Shown: positions 52,588 to 64,000 of the stretch, in pieces | Layout: every line of letters begins with the position of its first letter | Position numbering within the stretch: the stretch's first letter is position 1 | The notes under the pieces: generated by a model | Told to the model about the DNA's origin: nothing | Databases searched by the model: none | The model's input: the letters and a program-made list of their open reading frames with translations, nothing else | From: Haliotis rubra | Taxonomy: Eukaryota | Assembly (NCBI RefSeq): GCF_003918875.1 | Contig: NW_025765892.1 | Coordinates: forward strand, 1,178,001 to 1,242,000 | DNA: 64,000 bases | Direction of reading: 5' to 3' | Position numbers and translations under genes: made by a program

Positions 52588-53400
52588 GTGAGAGGATGAA
52601 GGTGGTGTCCTCTTATTGCTACACTGTTAGTACATACGTAAGTGAGAGGATGGAGGTGGTGTCCTCTTATTGCTACACTGTTAGTACATACGTAAGTGAG
52701 AGGATGGAGGTGGTGTCCCCTTATTGCTACACTGTTAGTACATACGTAAGTGAGAGGATGGAGGTGGTGTCCTCTTATTGCTACACTGTTAGTACATACG
52801 TAAGTGAGAGGATGGAGGTGGTGTCCTCTTATTGCTACACTGTTAGTACATACGTAAGTGAGAGGATGAAGGTGGTGTCCTCTTTTATTGCTACACTGTT
52901 AGTACATACGTAAGTGAGAGGATGGATGTGGTGTCCTCTTATTGCTACACTGTTAGTACATACGTAAGTGAGAGGTTGGAGGTGTTGTCCCTCTTATTGC
53001 TACACTGTTAGTACATTATTGTAAGTGAGAGAGGATGAGGAGGTGGTGTCCCTCTTATTGCTACACTGTTAGTACATTGCTACACTGTTAGTGAAGTGAG
53101 AGGATGGAGGTGGTGTCCTCTTATTGCTACACTGTTAGTACATACGTAAGTGAGAGGATGGAGGTGGTGGAGGAGGTGTGTCCTCTTATTGCTACACTGT
53201 TAGTACATACGTAAGTGAGAGGATGGAGGTGGTGTCCTCTTATTGCTACACTGTTAGTACATACGTAAGTGAGAGGATGGATGTGGTGTCCTCTTATTGC
53301 TACATCGTTAGTACATACGTAATAGAGACAATGGAGGTGGTGTCCTCTTATTGCTACACTTTTAGTACATACGTGAGAGGTTGGAGTTGATTTCCTCTTA
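52588..53400. repeat. 54-bp intronic minisatellite, ~14 copies
   Basis: gtgagaggatggaggtggtgtcctcttattgctacactgttagtacatacgtaa. Confidence 0.96.
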
Positions 53401-55934
53401 CTGTTATACAATTACTACATTGAGTAATATTCTCACATTGTCCTATAAGGAAAAGCTTCATTTTGTACCTCTCAAAGAGAAAGTTGTATCAAGACACATG
53501 TCAATAACTAAACAATTGTTTCTTTATGTCCTTTCCATACACAAATTAAGAGAAAATCTCTTCCCTTTTTTCAAGTGCCAGATTATTTTTTTCCTCAAAA
53601 CCTTGTTAAAGGAGCAAAAACACAGATCAGAGCAGTCTATTAAGTAAATTCATTGACTAAACAGTTCTCCCAATAATGAAAATCTTCTCTTTTAAGTATG
53701 TTGGAAACCTGTTCAATGTTGGAGATGAACTAATTCAAATTGCCTGAAAACATTACCTCTGATCTAAACAAACAATATTTGATCTATAAAATAAAAGATC
53801 TATACACTGTTATTTTTCTTTCGACCAATTAGTTGTTTGAAGTGGTTTTGTTTAGTTAGGCAATGTCAATGACAACGAAACATAACTCACTCTGTAAATT
53901 AGGAACAAGCAGCATGCAATTAAATATAATTGGTTTCATTTTTTTCATGCATTTCTTCCTTTGAAATCAGCGTTAATTCCCTGTGAATTAATCTCAGTTT
54001 GTTCAGGAAATGATTAACAGTTTCAGACTGGCAAAACATGGGTGACATGGTATCTTCTTGACTTTAATAATTACAGGCACTCCATAAATACATCCTACCA
54101 TCAGGGATTTAATCTGCCAAGTTTCTCCACCCACCACAATCATTCCATTATTTTGGCCTTCAAGAATTATCTTAAATCCTGTACTCTTCTTGATATGAGA
54201 TTGTTAAAAAGCTCCCTTCAGTTCATTCCACTTCCCTTTTTATAGTCTTCCTACTGGGCCACACTTAGAATGAATTCATCTTTCCTGAGTTTTTCCTTTT
54301 TTCTTTACCAATTAAACTCTTCAACATGATAAGTTATCTGTCAACTTTTTACCCTCAAAACAAAAAACTCTCATTTTTGGTTGCAGTTGACCACAATGCT
54401 TCAGGCACTTACATGTTAGAAATTTGATTTATACACCTTTTTCATACCAAAAGCGTCTAGAATCGAAAGGAAACAAAAAGCACATTGAGGGGCCACGAGC
54501 GTAACACAAGCAGATTTAACACAAGAAACAATATCTGACGAAAACCAGAAGCAAAGAAATCAATCGCCTGGTGAAAATTAAATTTTACAAAACAGAGACC
54601 TAATGAGTTTTCAAAGCTACTGCCTTTTCATCAACTCTTCCGCAAGAGATGATGCTTTCACACAAATTCATCTTCTAGCACACATTTTTGTACAAGTTGT
54701 GATAAAAAACAGCAACTCTTAAACTGCGGCACAGTGCTGGACACAATCACCAACTGCCGAAGCACCGACGATGGTGAGGAATCTTACAATTAGTCAATAT
54801 CTAAACGTTGCTCAATGCCAGTCAATTTCACGCCTATAGGCAACAAATGATACAGCACTCATTCATTTCTGTCAAGTATTATGCTGTTGTCGTTTTTGCT
54901 TTTTTGCTTTTGTCAATTAATGAGTTTTTTAGAATTGGCAATAATGCCCTGCGTTAATCTGAAGCTCATCATTCAAGAGCTACAGGAGCATTCACCTTTA
55001 TCAGTCGGAAAATATGAATCTGATCATGCTGGCAGCTGCGATGTCATCGTGTTTCATCTTCAAATAACATGCACCACAAACAGCTCTACTGAAAACTTTT
55101 TGTTCAAGTAATAGCCGCTGTCAATAACACAACAGTAAGGCATCTTACAATCAACCCAAAAGTAAACTGTCTACATTAATATGAAATATGATTCATTCAA
55201 ACAAGATTGATGACACAAGCAGGACAGACTTGCTGTTCTTTTCTATCTGAATCGGTAGCACACGTCTTGACACTCGGTGTTAGAAGTATCACAGTGTTGC
55301 TGGCAGTGTCAGCAGTGTCACTCCTATTATCTACGTGATCCTGCACCAGGTCAGTGAGCTCCACAAAGACCAGCAAGCTCTTCTCACCTACATCAGAACT
55401 AACATAAGGAGGAGATTGAGCTCAGTGATGATAAGGCTACTTTCAAAGTTGACAGTACAGTCTATTTTCTCCCCATGGTTAAATACATAAATCTGAGCTC
55501 CATACTGCCTGCTATACTTTCAACAAAATTAATCCAATCCTGAACTTTTCTTATAAGAAAGAAATATGGTCTGCAGAATAGGTGGAAACTATGTATTTAT
55601 CACCAGTTTGTGAATGGAATGTGCATATCAGTAGACCACAGTGCGTGAGGAACATAAATGCCTCTACATCACACCCTCATTTATTTTCAGAGCTATCTGA
55701 GATTCTTCCAGCCTATCACAGATTTCTGAGTTTATCACTGAATCTCATCACAAGTAGGGCACTGCAAGAAGACAGGTGAATTAGAATTACAACCTGAATG
55801 AAATTCCTTGTAGTTCTATATGGTTTCTAAAGAGAAGTAATCACATTACAGGTTTCAGATGTAGTTGAAGAGTGGAATCTTTTTTACTGACGTAAACACT
55901 GTAACACAATCAGAATTGCCAACCCTCGCTACCA

Positions 55935-56070
55935 ATAGAAACATGTCATCGTATCCCAGTTGTGTAGGTCAATGCTCATGATGTCAAGTACTGCACTGAG
56001 TGGTCTGAATTCAACCATTGTCATACAGCTGGAATATTGCTGAGTGTCGCATTGAAAGAAGCAAACAAAA
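55935..56070 (+). mobile_element. degenerate SINE 3' part
   Basis: tcgtatcccag...cagctggaatattgctgagtg core. Confidence 0.55.
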
Positions 56071-56739
56071 CAAGATGCCAGCCTCAATCAAAAGCAATGG
56101 CAGTGACAATTAAGATTATGCGGTCATATTTGCCATCTAAACCTATAAATTCCAGACAAATTAGTAATCATTAACAGCTCATGTTTGTTAAACATAAAAA
56201 CTATTTGGTCTTATACTTTGTTACCTCAACATCAGTGATATTGTTCGTGTACGTCTGTCTGGAGCAAGATTGTCCCCGATACTTGTCTGGCAGTTTAAAG
56301 GACATCAACAGTTTACAAGGACAGTTTAGGGATTGGTGAGCCAGAACACAGCTCACTGAGGTCAGACAAGATGGCAGCTCAACACTTGTCATCCAATACA
56401 ACAATTAACATGTTGTTAGTTAGGTATTCATGTCTCCTGATTGCTATATATCAACAGAAGACCAGTTATCATTTAGTTACCAATTTATGCACCTTGACAT
56501 GATCAACATTTCTCAGTGACCAAGACCAATCAGGAGAGACATACCATGAGTTACCTGCCCCTGTTTGGTTGTCAGGTCGTCTCATCATGACCTGAAGGAA
56601 CTAAGTACAATGATAATGTTACATGCAGGGGGATCATGACTGGCCAACACACTGACAGCAGTGCTCACACTGCTTCTTGCTGTGTTCATGGTGACAAGTT
56701 TATTAAATGATATTGTAAAAATGAAAAAAACAACTTTTG

Positions 56740-57090
56740 ACTGAAAAGATATTTTGTGCCGGTAAATCTGTGAGGCAAGCTTCGTAAAGTGTTTACTGTA
56801 AACAGAAAAAGCTTTTGACAACAGTATTCCTGTGAGACCTTGAACTTTAGACTGTGAGTCAAGTTTTTTGAAGTGAGTAAATCAGTGCCACAAGCTTTTT
56901 GATAACATTTAAATTCAGACTGAGAAAAGTATTCTGAAGTCAGTAAATCTGTGATACAAGCTTTTTGAAAAGGTTTACCTTAGACTGAGAATGGTATTTT
57001 AAAGTCAGTAAATCTGTGATACAAGCTTTTTGAAAAGGTTTACCGTAGACTGAGAATGGGATTTTGAAGTCAGTTAACCTGTGAGACATT
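56740..57090. repeat. degenerate ~65-bp tandem repeat
   Basis: tcagtaaatctgtgatacaagctttttgaaaaggtttacc recurring. Confidence 0.7.
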
Positions 57091-57796
57091 CTTCCTCTTT
57101 TCTGCCCGATGTGAACATGTTTATTGTGTGATTCACCTAGTCCCTGTAACCACATCCCACCTGAAATGTGCTGCTCATTCTAACGTATCATGTATGACAT
57201 CCTACTACACTGATATTGGCATTAGTTACTGATTAATGACACTTGATCACAATTTCACAATGAGACAGAAAGTGTAAATGTGTAATTTTACTACAGATAT
57301 CATGTTATTTCATCCAGTTAAGAAATATGGAAACACACACCGTGATTTTATTCATATATTTAGATTTTGTAGTTGATGAAGTACTAAATTTACTTGAAAT
57401 GTGTACAAGATCAAAATAACTAATATTAATTACTGTTTCAGTTAAGGTTCAGTAGGAGTTCATATCACTGCTTTCAAGACTAGTCAGTTGTCAGACATGT
57501 AGCGTCAAAGTTGCTATACTCATTTGATTATGGTGTCAAGTGTTGCCTGGAATGGTAGAGAGCAGCGCAGAACAATCTGGCATATTATTCACCCACTTGA
57601 AAATATTTTAAAACAAGGGGCAAGCATATGCCATTATCATCTCAAAATATATCAAGACCGGCATTTGTGAACAGATCACTATTTTTACCTTGAATATTCA
57701 TCCTAGGCCATTTTTGGGAGGTTGACCACTGTTGTTGCAATGTAAATACTATCATCATCGACTATACATCTATTTTCTGTTGTGTCTTATACTTGT

Positions 57797-58836
57797 ACAA
57801 TGGAGGGTTGCACAAGCTCTTGAGGCTACTTACCTAGTACTGTAAGATGAGCAAAGGCTTGTATTGGAAGGTTACACAAGCTACTGAGGCTACTTACCTA
57901 GCCCTGTAAGATGAGCAAAGGCTTGTATTGGAAGGTTACACAAGCTACTGAGGCTACTTACCTAGCACTGTAAGATGAGCAAAGGCTTGTATTGGAGGGT
58001 TACAGTGGCTACTGAGGCTACTTACCTAGCACTGTAAGATGAGCAAAGGCTTGTATTGGAGGGTTACAGTGGCTACTGAGGCTACTTACCTAGTACTGTA
58101 AGATGAGCAAAGGCTTGTATTGGAGGGTTACAGTGGCTACTGAGGCTACTTACCTAGCACTGTAAGATGAGCAAAGGCTTGTATTGGAGGGTTACAGTGG
58201 CTACTCAGGCTACTTACCTAGCACTGTAAGATGAGCAAAGGCTTGTATTGGAGGGTTACAGTGACTACTGAGGCTACTACTTACCTAGCACTGTAAGATG
58301 AGCAAAGGCTTGTATTGGAGGGTTACAGTGGCTACTGAGGCTACTTACCTAGCACTGTAAGATGAGCAAAGGCTTGTATTGGAGGGTTACAGTGGCTACT
58401 GAGGCTACTTACCTAGCACTGTAAGATGAGCAAAGGCTTGTATTGGAGGGTTACAGTGGCTACTGAGGCTACTTACCTAGTACTGTAAGATGAGCAAAGG
58501 CTTGTATTGGAGGGTTACAGTGGCTACTGAGGCTACTTACCTAGTACTGTAAGATGAGCAAAGGCTTGTATTGGAGGGTTACAGTGACTACCGAGGCTAC
58601 TTACCTAGCACTGTAAGATGAGCAAAGGCTTGTATTGGAGGGTTACAGTGACTACTGAGGCTACTTACCTAGTACTGTAAGATGAGCAAAGGCTTGTATT
58701 GGAGGGTTACAGTGACTACCGAGGCTACTTACCTAGCACTGTAAGATGAGCAAAGGCTTGTATTGGAGGGTTACAGTGACTACTGAGGCTACTTACCTAG
58801 CACTGTAAGATGAGCAAAGGCTTGTATTGGAGGGTT
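57797..58836. repeat. 64-bp minisatellite, 16 copies, built from the Ig1 exon 3' end plus donor site
   Basis: last unit overlaps exon 58797-58836; tacttaccta recurs every 64 nt from 57827 to 58790 (one +3 insertion). Confidence 0.97.
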
Positions 58837-58973
58837 GTTCTGAGCAGGCAGCACCTGACATCGATACTCAGCATCATCATCCAGCTGGGTGTTCACTATG
58901 TTCAGGTTAAACTCCTCCTGGGAACTACCCACCACTGAGTAGCGGGAGAATCCTGGAATGCTACGATCAAAAC
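58797..58973 (-). CDS. nphs1: nephrin-like exon, second half of Ig1 (GFDRSIPGFSRYSVV...DDDAEYRCQVLPAQNNPPIQAFAHLTVL)
   Basis: tttgcag| acceptor, |gtaagt donor, 177 nt, phase 1-1; DxAxYxC F-strand motif. Confidence 0.93.
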
Positions 58974-61199
58974 CTGCAAAATAAATCATATTTTTGTGAA
59001 TATTTTTTCTTGACAATTTTGTTGGGTTATTTAATTGAATTTCAACATGTTTTAATTTGAGTACTTCCAAATTATGTGTTGTAATAACAGTTCACATTTC
59101 CAAAATCCAAGGAAACTTCCGACCCTGCCACAACCATTGTGGTAAGTATTCTCCTATTGTCTGTCAATCTGTCTCAACAATCAAAGTAAAACACTTAACA
59201 CGACCACTGTACATCTGGAAGTTGTAGAGAAAGTAATCTGATTTATAAGTAATCGAGATCAGTGGTAAAGTTCATCCAGCTGAACAACATCTCATCCTTC
59301 AGTTCCCTACTTGTCATGAAACTCCATCAGCTTTCCTAGTTTCCAGCACAATCCACCCCACCCCTCCATCTGCCGCCACCCCCACTCTCCTGATGCCAAG
59401 GGTCATGTTCCCTTCCATTCCTCCACTGACAGCCCAGAACCTACCTGGCTGGTGAGTGAGCCTCACCCTGACCCCTGTCTAACATGTACAAGTGTTAGTT
59501 GACAGCCCTACTCACAACAAACACACCACCGCCAACATTGGCACTCTGCCCACACCTCCTCCAGCTTTTTCATAAAACTTTGTTTTTTATCACAGTCATA
59601 AGCTAGATCTAAAGAAGAATTTTAATCTTCACCAAGTTTAAAACATGTGTTAAATAATCAAGTTGGCTCGTACAATGAGTCCCCCAAAATAGTAAAGCAT
59701 CAGCCTAAGAGGTGGAGGATGCCTCAATCTGGTCCCGCATCCTCCAAGTGCTGCTTGACAGATTTACTTACAACATTACAGTCCCAACCTGGATCTGAGC
59801 CATAATTGTGTAGCTAGTGAGGTAAATCACAGCCACAATGACCTTCAAATCCACAACTGGCAGTGAAACCAAGCTTCTCAAATGGGTGATATAATGATGA
59901 TCTATGTTGAAACTAATCAATGAAACCAATCTCAATAGATTTTAGGAACCATCCTTTCATTCTACTTCAGCAAAAGTATTTGTGCAGCGTATTTTGATAT
60001 TGTCTAATATATACTGTCAGCAAACAGCTGAGTCTAGTTTTTGTTACAGAAAGAAATCCTTGTGTGTCGATGAGGAGTAGTAATGAAGATGAATGATTTC
60101 TTCCATTTGCAGAGTAGATTCTCATCTACAAAACATTCACACATGATAGTTTCTTGTACATTCTTCATGCTGCTGGCTGGGTCTGGGAATATGTATGAAG
60201 GTGTCACTTCACAACCATCCCATTCTGTGTTGCTGGGATACAGCTCATATGATGGTTCATGATGGAGTCATAGTCTTAAAACAGGTTTTCTTGAAACTGA
60301 TCCCAACAGGTGCTAACAACAACCAACAATTATTTTTATAACTGAATACCAAAAAAACCTGAACTATGAATGCAGCATAAGTTTTTAAAAACTGAAATGA
60401 TAACACTTTCATTGATACTCATAACTGGCCTCTGATACCTTCCATCAAAATAACAATTTGTTCAGTGTTCAAGGGACACCAACTATTGCGGGATGAAGAC
60501 AAGTGAGGACACAGCATTGTCTCTGACAACAGCAACACCTTCCTGTACATGGTTGCTGTTACTGCTGCTGCTGCTGCTGTTGCACAGGCGGAGCAAGCTG
60601 TTCTATGTCTATCTGAGTTGGCAGAGTTCAATAAACTACAATATTTTCATTTTAAATTCTGCTGCCAATTTGCATTGCAAATAGAGACAGTTTTACCAAA
60701 AGATGATACCATTATCAAGCCAACAGCATGTGAGTAGGATAAATATTGGCTGAGCTAACAGCCGACATAATCGCTCAGATTAACTATGCACCATCATGGC
60801 TTCATGCAATACTCAAACATACTAATGAAGAATCTTATGAATCATATCAGAAAAACAGCAAATTTGTTTTAGAGGCTATTCATCAACAATATGGTGACTT
60901 TTTATGAGTCAGTGTTAAGAGCAAGCACATCCATTAGGAGTCATCAAAGTTGAATCCAATCTGAACATAATGTGTGTGAATTGAATTTTCTTTTGATAGT
61001 CAAACCATGGGATTCAGAGGCATGTTCCATGTCAAACTTTAGATCCCAGCCCTGCATAACCGAGCATGTCTTTTCCAAACTCAGCCCAGCTTGGCCTTGC
61101 CCAGCCAGCATACAGTAGCCCAGCACATACAGTAATGCTTACTCTCTGAATATATACAATTTTGATAGAAACAAACAATTCCTTTTAAATTGAAAAGAA

Positions 61200-62612
61200 G
61201 CCCAAGCAAAGCCCTACATAGTCCAGCACTGTGAAACTAAGGATTAGCCAACACGGCACTACATTACAAAGCAAAGCCCTACATAGTCCAGCACTGTGAA
61301 ACTAAGGATTAGCCAACACGGCACTACATTACCAAGCAAAGCCCTACATAGTCCAGCATAGCCCAGCATCATGAAACTAAGGATTAGCCACCACGGCACT
61401 ACATTACCAAGCAAAGCCCTACATAGCCCAGCACCGTGAAACTAAGGATTAGCCAGCACGGCACTACATTACCAAGCAAAGCCCTACATAGCCCAGCACT
61501 GTGAAACTAAGGATTAGCCAGCATGGCACTACATTACCAAGCAAAGCCCTACATAGTCCAGCACTGTGAAACTAAGGATTAGCCAACACGGCACTACATT
61601 ACCAAGCAAAGCCCTACATAGTCCAGCACTGTGAAACTAAGGATTAGCAACCACGGCACTACATTACCAAGCAAAGCCCTACATAGTCCAGCACTGTGAA
61701 ACTAAGGATTAGCCAACACGGCACTACATTACCAAGCAAAGCCCTACATAGTCCAGCACTGTGAAACTAAGGATTAGCCACCACGGCACTACATTACCAA
61801 GCAAAGCCCTACATAGCCCAGCACTGTGAAACTAAGGATTAGCAAGCACGGAACTACATTACCAAGTAAAGCCCTACATAGTCCAGCACTGTAAAACTAA
61901 GGATTAGCCAGCACGGCACTACATTACCAAGCAAAGCCCTACATAGTCCAGCACTGTGAAACTAAGGATTAGCCAACACGGCACTACATTACCAAGCAAA
62001 GCCCTACATAGTCCAGCACTGTGAAACTAAGGATTAGCCAACACAGCACTACATTACCAAGCAAAGCCCTACATAGTCCAGCACCGTGAAACTAAGGATT
62101 AGCTAGCACGGCACTACATTACCAAGCAAAGCCCTACATAGTCCAGCATAGCCCAGCACCGTGAAACTAAGCATTAGCCAGCACGGCACTACATTACCAA
62201 GCAAAGCCCTACATAGTCCAGCACCGTGAAACTAAGGATTAGCCAGCACGGCACTACATTACCAAGCAAAGCCCTACATAGTCAAGCATAGCCCAGCATC
62301 ATGAAACTAAGGATTAGCCATCACGGCACTACATTACCAAGCAAAGCCCTACATAGCCCAGCACCGTGAAACTAAGGATTAGCCAGCACGGCACTACATT
62401 ACCAAGCAAAGCCCTACATAGTCCAGCACCGTGAAACTAAGCATTAGCCAGCATGGCACTACATTACCAAGCAAAGCCCTACATAGCCCAGCACCATGAA
62501 ACTAAGGATTAGCCACCACGGCACTACATTACCAAGCAAAGCCCTACATAGTCCAGCATAGCCCAGCATCATGAAACTAAGGATTAGCCAGCACGGCACT
62601 GCATTACCAAGC
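61200..62612. repeat. 65-bp minisatellite, ~21 copies, some with a 10-bp internal duplication
   Basis: caaagccctacatagtccagcactgtgaaactaaggattagccaacacggcactacattaccaag. Confidence 0.97.
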
Positions 62613-63517
62613 ATGAAAAAAAACTAGTCAACGGTTCTTAAGATATTCTAATTCGTAATTTGCTAAACGAGCAGTGGTGGATAACAAACAAAGCCCCACA
62701 TAGTCCAGTATAGCTCTGGACAACATTGTAAAACGACAAGGATAGCCCAGCACAACCCTGCATTCACATGCAAATAACTGTATTGTCCAGCATACAGCAA
62801 AGGATAGCCCATGGTCCCACAAATGGCTGGTGTCAAGCAGCCCTTATTATTTCCAATAGTGCCCCCGGCAACATCTTGTGATCATTCCTGATAGTTAAGA
62901 AACAGACTTTACACACCAGTAAACTTTAATCATGTTGCACAAGGGTCATCATTATAAGTTTACAGCTGACAGTTACTATATAAGCTGTTGTTTCTAGCAT
63001 GTGTACATGAGTTACACAGCTGTCAATATGTATCCTCAATGTCAAGGAAACAACATATAACTGGAGGTTTCTTTATTAACTACAAATCAGTCAATCTGTC
63101 AAGCACACCTTGAATATCGTCAGCAAAGATGGGAACTTGCTGATGTACTACTACCCACCTCTTCATGCTTTCCACTACTCCATGCTGCCCTGTGTTATAT
63201 CTACATGTGAATTACACTGTGTACTGTCTGGAGATAAGGACATAGGTATTTCACTTCATTATTGCCAGAATTCTTCGCCCATGGCCAGTGTACAAATATA
63301 CAAGTCTGACAGCCTGACACACCAAGTCCAAAATGTCAGTATGGTATTAAACTGCCTTCTTCATATCCTTACCTGTGAATAGCTGCAATATTGATGATGT
63401 GGGTTAAAGCAATATTTACTCATTCACCCTTCATATTTGTCATAGTTTACATACATTGACAGATGAAGAAATAGATGTGGACCTTGGACATTGGATTTCC
63501 CATTCCTTATCAACTAT

Positions 63518-63646
63518 NNNNNNNNNNNNNNNNNNNNNNNNNNNNNNNNNNNNNNNNNNNNNNNNNNNNNNNNNNNNNNNNNNNNNNNNNNNNNNNNNNN
63601 NNNNNNNNNNNNNNNNNNNNNNNNNNNNNNNNNNNNNNNNNNNNNN
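63518..63646. other. assembly gap (N run)
   Basis: 129 N. Confidence 1.
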
Positions 63647-63802
63647 ACATGCTGCAATTCATTAAAAAAGACATTATATTATTACCAGTATTTAAAAGCA
63701 GCATCCGGACGTATGGCCTATGAGACACAGATATCACAGTTGTATAAAAACATTGGTAATAAAATCACACCCACACATAGACACACGCAAGTCCAAACAT
63801 GT

Positions 63803-63855
63803 GCACAAACACAAACACATGCACACACGCACACGCACGCACGCACACACACATT
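63803..63855. repeat. (CA)n/(CACG)n microsatellite
   Basis: direct. Confidence 0.8.
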
Positions 63856-64000
63856 CACCTTCTTACGCTAAAAAGCATAAATTATGTAAAAAGCAAACAT
63901 GTTGAGTGAATGCTGACCTTATTAACAAAATATATTAGACTATTCAACGGAAATATTTCGGCGCCTAAACATAGTATGGAGGAGTGCGGCAAGGGGCTTT

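Larger units (their letters stand above)
21803..58973 (-). other. nphs1: Nephrin/Sns/SYG-2-like Ig-superfamily adhesion gene (5'-partial; 19 coding exons; 9 Ig + FN3 + TM + cytoplasmic tail)
   Basis: Chain of GT-AG exons with compatible phases encoding serial Ig domains, FN3 (KPDPPYDIQFVNATHNTITISWKPGFDGG), a hydrophobic TM followed by RRRRKR, and C-terminus EMRGHLV* (vertebrate nephrin ends ELRGHLV). Confidence 0.92.

Noticed and set aside
36577-58973. Dscam-like mutually exclusive Ig exon arrays
   Set aside because: Each Ig exon is single-copy and the set matches the fixed 9-Ig + FN3 nephrin architecture.
60549-60737. Poly-Ala / poly-Leu ORFs as a signal-peptide exon
   Set aside because: Short (CTG)n microsatellite; the Leu-rich frame is on the wrong strand for the nephrin gene.
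63365-63420. Strong CAG|GTAAGG donor on the minus strand as the missing nephrin upstream exon
   Set aside because: The phase-1 frame has a TAA within ten codons upstream and no Ig1 or signal-peptide sequence.

Overview
Animal genomic DNA, not prokaryotic. The SINE families and repeat landscape resemble a gastropod mollusc, probably abalone (Haliotis); this is inferred from memory of the repeats, not from a search. The right two-thirds hold one large minus-strand gene: a nephrin / Sticks-and-stones / SYG-2 orthologue. I traced 19 coding exons from 58973 down to 21803 (about 1,240 codons) encoding 9 Ig domains, one FN3 domain, a transmembrane helix and a Tyr/Pro-rich tail ending ...EMRGHLV*. 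The signal peptide and first half of Ig1 are not visible and lie beyond the window or in the N gap. Intron phases match at every junction except two, each beside a 6-nt homopolymer (probable +1 consensus errors). The introns contain several minisatellites. The most unusual is a 16-copy 64-bp array that amplifies the Ig1 exon 3' end plus its GTAAGT donor, so each unit reads acceptor-like tract / 6-nt in-frame Val-Leu micro-exon / donor. The left ~18 kb is a transposon graveyard: an interrupted 44-bp satellite, MITEs, tRNA-derived SINEs, a decayed Gypsy pol, a DIRS 3' end with an 85-bp perfect inverted repeat, and a 1.66-kb tandem duplication containing a LINE RT fragment, a SINE and a C2H2 pseudogene start.
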